Assembly (NCBI GenBank): GCA_964016885.1
Contig: CAXHJY010001659.1
Coordinates: forward strand, 3,257 to 67,256
Origin: Eledone cirrhosa
Lineage: Eukaryota
DNA: 64,000 nt
Reading direction: 5' to 3'
Part shown: positions 53,982 through 64,000 of the stretch, in pieces
Layout of the letters: the number at the start of each line of letters is the position of its first letter
Position numbering within the stretch: the stretch's first letter is position 1
Translations under genes and position numbers: made by a program
The notes under the pieces: generated by a model
What the model saw: only the letters and a program-made list of their open reading frames with translations
What the model was told of the DNA's origin: nothing
The model's database searches: none

Positions 53982-55051
53982 GAAATTGTCGAAAAGAAAT
54001 GATTTAAAGTAAATCTCGTTTCGTTTTCAGTTCGTTCTAATTTATTTTTTCTGTGATATTTATGAGAAATAATTTTTGAGAAAATACTTTTGGGGAATGA
54101 AGTTTTGATAAAACGTTTATATACCCTTCAACTCTATAAAACATTGTCCACCATTAACGGATCTTGGAACTGTTGGAGATAAAATACAAGAGGCTTGTTT
54201 GTGCCTTCATTTATGTGTGTCGCTATGTATGTATTTGAGTGAATATCAGTGTTTGTGTGTATTTATGTGAGTGTCTTGGCGAGTGTGTGCTTCTGTGTAT
54301 GTGTTTGTATAAATAAATATATATATTTTTATGTATGTGTGCGTGTGTATGTGTCTGTGAGAGTGAATATCTAAGCATGATGTGTATGTATATATATATA
54401 TATATATTCATTACGTCTCATTTATATTTATACTCGGATTCTTTTCCTAGAGTGCTTAAACTATCTGTGACTAATCCCGGTTTTTTTCATAAAAACTGTG
54501 ATAATTATTGCTATTTTGCTGAACTCCTTGTAGAGTTTTTTTCAGAATGTATTTGACTGCTATTTCTTGTAAATAAACATTCACTTCCATCCTGACGTCA
54601 CTAGCCCCGTTTTTTCCTCATGTGCTTTTTCATAAATACACATGAAGGCGAACTAGCCAGTTTTAGAATTCCCTTTTTCGGACTATATTACTGTGAGAGC
54701 CCTGGTTTTCTGTTGAGCTCTGCTGATGAATGATATTCCAACCGTGACCATCTCCACTGAAAGTTTTCATGAAATAGTCTTTTAAGACTATACAGAGCAT
54801 TTGATGTTATTCCAAATTGAAGGATAAGTGTTTCAAACTTTGTTTTATCATGAGTTAAAGGTCTATAGATTTTTCCATGGATTTTACTAAATTCTGTGGA
54901 TGAATTTGTATCCTGATTCTCTTTTGAGATGAGTTTGAGTTATTTTTCCTAAATCTTTCGTTAACTACTTTTCCCATCTTGACGTTATAGTCGCATATAT
55001 GTTATAGAATGCCGTTAGCTTCTTGCTAAAACAATCTCTATACGTCTCATT

Positions 55052-55084
<33 letters not shown>

Positions 55085-55557
55085 GTATATATATACATAT
55101 GTAATATATATATGTATATATATGTTTATGTGTGTGTGGACGTGTGGTTGGGACTGTCACTATGTTTATGTGTGTATGCACTTTAGTAAGGTAAGCATTA
55201 TGAATGATGTACTATGCTGCTGTGATATACTTTGTGTGGGGCGAACTATTTATCCCAGTTTTGTTTTATACTATAGATAAAGCTATTCCGTTTAAATTAT
55301 TTCTCAACATTTCTCAGACAGCATCTTAAGCTGATAATGGCAACATTCAAGTATTTATACTAGAAGACACACACACACAAACTCACACATTATCCCCCAA
55401 ATAGACTTCCATAAATATATATGTATATGTGCATACATACATACATGCACACACAGACACACACACACACACACACAGACGCGCACACACACACACATAG
55501 ACACACACACGTGCACACACACACACACATTCACATACACACACACACATATATATA

Positions 55558-55591
<34 letters not shown>

Positions 55592-55941
55592 CTTATAAAT
55601 ATATGTATGTAGGAATGTATGGATGCCTGTATCTATGCAAGAATGTATGCATGCATCTATGTATGTAAATATGTATATACGTATGTATGTATGTATGTAT
55701 GTATGTATGTATGTATGTATGTATGTATGTATGTATGTATGTATGTATGTATGTATGTATGTGTATATATATGTACGTATGCCTCTATATATAAACACGT
55801 ATGATTCTGTTTGTGGATAGGTTTATGTACACGTGCTTATCTCTTTTAACTCTTTTACTGGTCTCCGCCCAGTGGTTATAGCCGTAATATGTGAAACTAC
55901 AGATCTTACCCCCTCTCAGTCTTTCTCTCTCTCTCTATCCC

Positions 55942-56037
<96 letters not shown>

Positions 56038-56748
56038 TGGATCTGCGTGTGTGTGTGTGTGTGTGTGTGTGTCAGAAAATAGATCTGTGCCAATCAGGCT
56101 CAGTGACTTTCGATGAGAAATCGTTTAAAGAAGAAATAAAATGTTGCCTTGTAAATTTTAATGATTGCAGTCAAACACGTCTGAATAGTTCCATAATAGA
56201 ATTTATCTCGCTCACAATACGAAATCACACACACACACACACACACACACATATGGACATACGCACACACACACGCCCGTGCGCACACACAAGCTCGCGC
56301 GCACACACACACACACACGCAGACACATACGCACGCGCGCACGCACACAGAAACACATACAGAGACACACACATGAAAACACATATAATATTTATTCCAT
56401 CTTTTATCTTATAACATGTTCAATGTTTCCGCTATCGAAAGCTGTCATCTTTGAAGAAGTTTTTTCATAGCCGAAACAATCTGCTTTTTGTCAGGAAAGT
56501 TGAAGTAAATCTTGTCTGTTCTCATTTTAACGTTAGCTGCTTTTAGAAATGTGCCGGTTTCCTAGACAGACGATTAGGTCACCCGAATTATAGATGTATG
56601 ATCATAGAGATGAAGTGTTTGAATTTAATTTATGATTGATGTTGTACGGTTTTGGCGATAGGGTTGATTGTAGGATTGTGTATTGCGCTGGCTTGGATTC
56701 GCGACCGGCATACGTTTTGTCTGGGTTTGTTTGCATTGTAGTTGCTTT

Positions 56749-56852
<104 letters not shown>

Positions 56853-56896
56853 CGAATGTAGAAAAGTAACACACGAGTTGACATATATATATATAA

Positions 56897-57372
56897 AAAC
56901 AAATAGTAGAAAGGTTCTTTCAGTAGAAAATGTTGAAGAGACTTTTTTCAGGGAGATATCAAAACATTACTTTATTTACAATACCAGTTTCAGCATTAAA
57001 TGCATTGTCAATTGCGGATATGCAGAATATTGTTAAGTTGCTTATTTGTCTGTCCTACTCTGCTTCTGGAAATCAGAAGCAGAGTAGGACAGACACAGAG
57101 AAATGACTTCTCCGAAAGAACATGTATGTGAAAATTAATTAATTTTTTTTTCTTCTCCTTTTTATTTTATTTTCATTACCTTTATCATTATTATTACTAT
57201 TATCACTATTTGTACAAATTTGCAACTTAACAATATTCTGCATATCCGCAATTGACAATGCATATAATGCTAAACTGGTATTGTAAATAAATTAATGCTT
57301 TCATATCTCTCTGAAAAATATATTTTCAACATTTTCTCCTCAAAGAATCTTTTTCCTTTCTACTATTTGTTT
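56897..57372. repeat. Diverged inverted repeat with a nested 22-bp perfect hairpin (57047-57095)
   Basis: 56897-57042 pairs with 57221-57372. TGTCTGTCCTACTCTGCTTCTG / CAGAAGCAGAGTAGGACAGACA. Confidence 0.8.
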
Positions 57373-57434
57373 ATAAATATATATATTTATATATATATAT
57401 ATTTATATATATATATACATACAGTTGGATAGTC

Positions 57435-57485
57435 GGCTTCCTGATGATTTCTCTCGAATGAAACATTTCTAGTCCTGTAGAAGCC
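57435..57485 (+). ncRNA. Type-I HHR
   Basis: GGCTTC-CTGATGA-tTTCtctcGAAt-GAAA-CA..T-GTA-GAAGCC, with a perfect 6-bp stem I. Confidence 0.75.
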
Positions 57486-57566
57486 ATTTCTATATTAAAT
57501 ATTTATACTCTGTTGTGTATTGAGTTACTTACTTACTGTGATTACCCCCGATTGAACCCGGGACAA

Positions 57567-57660
<94 letters not shown>

Positions 57661-57816
57661 GTTCTGTATAAGCAAGGGATGGTCACCTGAATTTTCATTG
57701 CCTACAACAGGACAACTCGTTTAATCCATATAGCAGGGAAGAATGGACGCAAAATGGTAATGATGATTTATATGTACATACACACTCGCATACATACAGA
57801 TCACATTTATACATAC

Positions 57817-59010
57817 ATGGTGGCTGCCAACTCGTTTTCGAGTACGACCACTACTTTATATCCATGTAGGAGAACCCCTACCGATGCGTTGAACGAGTGT
57901 GACATTTTAGTCCAGCCAGCGACTTGAAAACTCTGGTACAAACACTACACCTGTGACAATTATTGACACATAGTGCTGGGCCCATGGTACCATGTGACGA
58001 CAAGTGCAGAGAGCTCTCCAGATATAAAGCAATGCCTGTGCTGTGAAGCTTTTATAGTGAGCAAAGGCACTGCACAAAGCCAGTCCCACTCTCTTAACCA
58101 AGATGATATTTACCAAAAAGAAGAACAAGTCAACATCATTGGATACCATCAGAGTTGCAGGTGTTATATCAGAGTTTTCCTTCCCCTAGAATTCTGCCTT
58201 GACAAAGGCTAAGGGTTCATCTCTCCCGGTGATTTTGGATGGCCATTGACTCTTAAGAGCTCCTTTGCCCTTTTGACGGGTTTTGTTTTTAGTCCTGCAG
58301 GATGTCCAAAGTCACCCTCCTCACCAAGAAACCTTGGTGGGGTTGCCAGTTTAGTCGCCAACGACGCGACCATGAGACAGGTTGTACTGGGATACATGTT
58401 ACCAGTAGCACCAACTGGTGACCTGACATAATATACATACATACATACATGGTGGCTGCCAACTCTTTTTCGAGTACGACCACTACTTTATATCCATGTA
58501 GGAGAACCCTTACCGATGCGCTGAACGAGTGTGACTTTTTAGTCCAGCCAGCGACTTGAAAACTCTGGTACAAACACTACACTTGTGACAATTATTGACA
58601 CATAGTGCTGGGCCCATGGTACCATGTGATGACAAGTGCAGAGAGATCTCCAGATATAAAGCAATGCCTGTGCCGTGAAGCTTTTATAGTGAGCAAAGGC
58701 ACTGCACAAAGCCAGTCCCACTCTCTTAACCAAGATGATATTTACCAAAAAGAAGAACAAGTCAACATCATTGGATACCATCAGGGTTGCAGGTGTTATA
58801 TCAGAGTTTTCCTTCTCCTAGAATTCTTCCTTGACAAAGGCTAAGGGGTCATCTCTCCCGGTGATTTTGGATGGTCATTGACTCTTAAGAGCTCCTTTGC
58901 CCTTTGAAAGGTTTTGTTTTTAGTCCTGCAGGATGTCCAAAGTCACCCTCCCCTCCAAGAAACCTTGGTGGGGTTGCCAGTTTAGTCGCCAACGACCCGA
59001 CCATGAGACA
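57817..59010. repeat. Dimer of a ~630-bp dispersed repeat; other copies at 53475-53885 and inverted at 10768-11341
   Basis: 57817-58430 is repeated at 58449-59010. The recurring spurious ORFs MVSNDVDLFF/MLGPWYH mark four copies. Confidence 0.92.
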
Positions 59011-59477
59011 TACATACATACATACATACATAGAAACATACATACATACATTCATTCATACATAGTTAAACAAATATACAACACGAAATACGATGTTAAA
59101 TGATGTTCAGAAACGTCTAAGGAATCGCGCCGCGTAATTAATTGTTTCTACTTTTAGCACAAGGCCAGCAATTACCCAGTGCATTACTGGTACTTGAATT
59201 TATCAACCCCGTAAGGATGAAAGGCAAAGTTAACCTCGGCGGGATTTGAACTCAGAATGGCAAGGGCCGTAACTCTGTGCGTCAAAGCATGGCGTCCGTC
59301 CCTCTACCGATACTGCCAATCCACCGCACCTCGTAATTAATGTATACTGTTCACCTACATATACTAATACACTAAGCATAGCGGTCGAGAGCACTTTTCC
59401 TTGTGATATCTTGTGTGTATCAATACATTATTTATAACTGTCATACACAATCTAAACAATATAATTATATATATATA

Positions 59478-60799
59478 TTCTTTGAAGCCTTAGAGAAGAA
59501 CGTCCCACCCAACCATAGGTATAGGAAAATCCTTAATAGGAACAATATAAAAATATCCTTCTCTACTACTCCTAACCTAGCGGACATCATAGGAACGACT
59601 AATCACATTAAGATCATCAAGACACAGCACTTTAGGACAGGCGCACCTACACCTGAAAATAACTATATAGGCCTTAACGACTCCCTAGCAGCATCCAATA
59701 GTGCTGGCAACAGCCTCTACTGACACAACCAGCATAACCGCGACATGACTGGGGAATATGCAGGTGACCCGCACGGGTCACCAGGCGGCAAAGGAAGACG
59801 ATGCTGCGTGCGGAATAATAATGGTACCGCCCCGCGCACTGTGGGTTGTAATGGTGCTAACGACAGGTGTGGGAGCGTAGGTAACAACGTAGTTCGCAAT
59901 AATAATAGCCTTACCGTGGGAACTAGAAGGGACCGCGACTGAAATTGCAACTGCCGCGACAGGGGACGCTTCCCCCTTAGGGGAACCTGCTTGACTTATA
60001 GGGTTATATATAGGTGCACTGTAACTATCCACAATAACGTTAAACATTATGTAGGGGCTACCTCTGGCCCGTTCAAAATTAGGTTTCGAAAACATCTCCA
60101 CTCTTTCGCAAATAAGAAATTAAGACACTCCACTTCGCTCGCGAACTACATCACATCATTAAAAGACTTAAACATCAGCTTCTCCACGCACTGGGAAACT
60201 GTCGGCAGGGCTGCACCGTACAACTTCAAGAGGAAGTGCGATCTTTGACTCATGGAGCTCTACCACATCATAACGGCACCCCACGAGCTCATCAACAGCA
60301 GAGCTGAATCGACGATAAGCTGTACACACTGCTTAAAAATATCCTACTTCAGATGGAATAAGAACGAGGAGTGAAACAGTATACCGGGCGGGCAGGTGCT
60401 GCAAAAAACATCCGGAAACTAACCGGCTTCAATTGACCCAGGCAGGCAGGTGCAGAAAAAAAAGGCCTCAAAACAAACGTTGCATACCTGACACTGTGGT
60501 ATCGACTATGGTAAGGTTGTAACCACATCTTGTAACGGATAAAAAAAATTTGTCCGGGAAAGAATGCCCTAACACCGGCCAGAGTTACCTCCCTTGACCT
60601 ACTGCAAAATCAAAACACGCTTCTTTGCGAAAAATGAACTCTGACGTGAACTTATCTCTAAAAACACATTCCGGGCTGTGTAAGGAGTACTTTTTAGTTA
60701 TTTATGCTCTTGAGAAGCCCATTCGGGCGAAACGTACGTAGGTGGTATTGTAAATAAACATGTTTTAACTATCTGTTCTCCTATATTTTACTTTTCCAC

Positions 60800-60800
<1 letters not shown>
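59478..60800 (+). mobile_element. 3' part of a second PLE family (RT thumb/linker, CNC motif, GIY-YIG, 3' pLTR with HHR)
   Basis: PPNHRYRKILNRNNIKISFS, CNCR..PLRGTCL, VIYRC..YVGATSGPFKIRFRKH, KCDL*LME, LINSRAE..CTH lie in one frame (59478-60374) with three internal TGA. HHR-like motif at ~60710. Flanked by (TA)n. Confidence 0.85.
60698..60746 (+). ncRNA. Minimal U3-A8 HHR in PLE 3' pLTR
   Basis: TTGAGAA-GCCCattcGGGC-GAAA-CGTAC-GTA, with palindromic ACGTACGT. Stem I is weak. Confidence 0.6.
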
Positions 60801-60827
<27 letters not shown>

Positions 60828-60835
<8 letters not shown>

Positions 60836-61100
60836 ATATTAAGTAAATGGAAACTATTTTTCTAAAGTGTGTTTTATAAATGTTCACATAACCAATGAGA
60901 ATATACCTTTACGGTTCAAGTTATCCAAGGATAACTTGAACCGTTAGGGTATATTCTCCTTGGTTATGTCAAAATTTATAAAACACACTTCGTATTTTAT
61001 CTGATGATAGCGTACCAAAATTTGGTACCCTTGAAATATATATAATAGAATAAATATGGTTTTATAAATATAGTTCCCATTTATTTAATATCATTGTATA
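60828..61100. repeat. Fold-back palindrome centred at ~60927, with an HHR in one arm only
   Basis: 60865-60926 mirrors 60929-60990. 60828-60860 mirrors 61068-61100. Confidence 0.85.
60993..61052 (+). ncRNA. Type-I HHR
   Basis: TATTTTAT-CTGATGA-..GTACCAAA/TTTGGTAC..-GAAA-TATAT-ATA-ATAGAATA. Confidence 0.7.
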
Positions 61101-61172
61101 TTATACTCCAGAAAACCTGTAGAATGCTCTGAATCAGTAATAAATATTTATATTTGTTGAATATCCCTTCTG

Positions 61173-61255
<83 letters not shown>

Positions 61256-61424
61256 CGGCGATGAATTAGTTTTGCGAGGTCTTTGATATGAAATCGTGTG
61301 TCGAAACAAATATTGTTATATATATATATGGATGTTATTTATTCATTCTGACGACTGAAGACAGGCATAACATCAGCCTTCAAGAAACCACTGGTAAATG
61401 AAATAATTATCTTATTCATCGCCG

Positions 61425-61469
<45 letters not shown>

Positions 61470-61470
<1 letters not shown>

Positions 61471-62715
61471 CGGCGATGAATTAGTTTTGCGAGGTTTTTG
61501 ATATGGAATCGTGTGTCGAAACAAATATTGTTATACTTGGGGAGGGTCATATTTGTGTAATACTATTGCCAGAATTAATAACATAACACACTCACTGGTT
61601 GGTTGGTTTTCGCTTCTGTGTCCTTTATATCGGTTAATTTAATTTATTCGCTCCTCAATGTTGCCATTGACTGACAACTGTCAAAAATACAGATACAATA
61701 TAGACACAAACACATATATATAGTCTATCAAAGTTCTTTCGTTGAACATCTGCAACATCGTTAGTGTTGCTATTATGTTTCCTCCCGTTGCATTGTATGT
61801 TTACGCCATCTTTATTTAGTCTGTTTATTTATTTATTTATTTGTTTATTTTTTTGTCTCCTCTGCGCATGTGTTTGCGTATAGTGTTTTGTTTGGGTGAC
61901 TGTGTATTGGTTAATGTATTCTATCTTAGTTTACTAGTGTGTGTTTATATGTGTTTGTTGTTATTGTGCTTGTGTATGTATTTATCTATTTATTTTTTTA
62001 ACAATCTATCTATTTATACTTCTCTTAGGTCAGTGTTGTTTGGGTGTTGTTGTTATTCCATTCATTTTTTTCTGTTTAAACTTGGCCTTCTAAGTTCTAT
62101 TTCGCTGGCCTCTCTGATTTGCCTATCTGCTGGGTCATTTCTATGTTTAGATATTATTCTAACTTCTATGTTGTTTATGTTACCGTTGTGTTGTTGTCTG
62201 GCATATTCCTATAGTACTGAACCGTTTCTTCGTCCTGTTAGTTCCCGCCAGTGTTGGTCTATCCTTTCACTTATGCTACGAGCTGTCTCGGCTATGTATG
62301 TTGTTGTCATGTTTCTGCAAGTACCCTCTGTACATCTTATGCTATAGACTACGCTTCTAGTTTTACAGTTTATCCGGGGGTTTACTCTACATATGATAAA
62401 TTTCCTATTAGTACAGTGGGATTTCTTAAAAGGGTAGGTTTTGCTGATCAGGGATTTTATGGTGGTTCCTGGCTTTTCTACCACCTTAACCTTTAAGTGG
62501 GTCTTTCTCAGTGCCTTTCTACACTGGTAAGCTAATTTCCCTCCAGCGGTAGTGTCCACAAACATGACACTCTGGTATCTCTGGTTGTCGTACCATGATG
62601 TGGCTTTCCCTATCTTATGTCTAGCCCTATCTAAGCTATTCCAAGATTTGCTCCTATATAATGGGCAAATTCCTTTCATGTCCAGTTCTATGAGGGTCTT
62701 ATACTTTTCCATGGC
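61470..62715 (-). mobile_element. Inverted copy of the same PLE 3' end (GIY-YIG + pLTR)
   Basis: 62037-62715 is the reverse complement of 63317-64000 (ORF 62209-62736, MEKYKTLIELD...YIAETARS). It continues into a pLTR with a degenerate HHR at ~61727-61768 and ends at (TA)n. Confidence 0.88.
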
Positions 62716-64000
62716 AATGAGAAAATCTACACCCAAAATGAGGGAGCAGCCATCGGCGTCAGCATAGCTGGTGATGTTGCCAACCTTTTCATGGTATGGT
62801 GGGAAAGGAGACTTAAAGATCTCCTTAATGAAAGTTCCATAGACCTCATCATGTACTCTCGTTATGTAGACGATATCAATATAGTTATAAGAACACCCCC
62901 ACTAGAGAGCACTAACAAGTTTGATTTAGAACGTAGCACGATGGAAAGCATCCAGCAGATAGCTAATTCCATACACCAGAGTATAACTGTAACTATCGAC
63001 TTCCCTTCCAAACACCCTAACAATAGACTACCTGTATTAGACACAGAACTCTGGATTAACACTATAGACGAGAGAGCCCAAATTCTCCACTCACACTATA
63101 CTAAACCCATGGCCTCCAAATACCTGATACTCAAAAACTCAGCAATGTCCAGTAGTGCTAAGTTTAATATTCTGATCGCAGATTTGGTACGAGTGATGAA
63201 GAATGTGTCCAGCATGTGCGACCCAACAGAAATGGAAAGATACATCCAACACTTCATCAACCGCATGCAGTTCTCTGGCTACAACCAAAGAGACAGAGTC
63301 AGAGTATACGAAGGAGCCATGGAAAAGTATAAGACCCTCATAGAACTGGACATGAAAGGAATTTGCCCATTATACAGGAGCAAATCATGGAATAGCTTAG
63401 ATAGGGCTAGACATAAGATAGGGAAAGCCACATCATGGTACGACAACCAGAGATACCAGAGTGTCATGTTTGTGGACGCCACCCCTGGAGGGAAATTAGC
63501 TAACCAGTGTAGAAAGGCCCTGAGAAAGACCCACTTAAAAATAAAGGTGGTAGAAAAGCCAGGAACCACCATAAAATCCCTGATCAGCAAAACCTACCCT
63601 TTTAAGAAAACCCACTGTACTAATAGGAAATGTATCATATGTAAGGTGAACCCCCGGATAAACTGTAAAACTAGAAACGTAGTCTATAGCATAAGATGTA
63701 CAGAGGGTACTTGCAGAAACATGACAACAACATACATAGGTGAGACAGCCCGTAGCATAGGTGAAAGGATAGACCAACACTGGGGGGAACTAAAAGGACG
63801 AAAAAACGGGTCAGTACTATACGAACATGCTAGACAACAACATGACGGTAACATAGACAACATAGAAATTAGAATAATATCTAAACATAGAAATGACCCA
63901 GCAGATAGGCAAATCAGAGAGGCCAGTGAAATAGAAATTAGAAGACCAAAGCTAAACAGAAAGAATGAGTGGAACAACAACAACACCCAAACAAACAACA
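62716..64000 (+). CDS. 5'-truncated PLE ORF fragment (RT motifs to GIY-YIG), appears open to the window end
   Basis: Hand translation: YTQNEGAAIG, ANLFMVWW, RYVDD, LPVLD, HYTKPMAS, VMFVDATPGGKL, NVVYSIRC..YIGETARS, RQIREA, LNRKNEW. Absent from the ORF track, presumably because no stop falls within the window. Confidence 0.85.

Overview
AT-rich, microsatellite-dense animal DNA with no recognisable host protein-coding exon. Most short ORFs in the track are translations of (TA)n/(CA)n/(GA)n. The tRNA-derived SINE family resembles cephalopod (Octopus-type) repeats, which is an inference. The window is almost entirely mobile DNA: one apparently intact two-ORF Tx1/L1-clade LINE (41023-46865) plus a 5'-truncated relative with a 16-bp TSD, three large Penelope-like element (PLE) remnants (16975-22375, 59478-60800, 61470-64000) and smaller PLE 3' fragments, an RTE fragment, two tandem Helitron-like elements and many SINEs. 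The most striking unannotated signal is about 20 type-I hammerhead-ribozyme (HHR) folds, read by eye, spread over more than 10 unrelated short non-coding repeat families. These families sit in (TA)n microsatellites as 1.2-1.9-mer head-to-tail repeats (periods about 430-700 bp) or as fold-back palindromes. Several HHRs have variant cores (a compensatory U3-A8 pair, or U4C), palindromic stem III and long stem-II insertions. This fits a diverse, PLE-mobilised, retrozyme-like system. Ribozyme activity and novelty are untested, and element boundaries are approximate.
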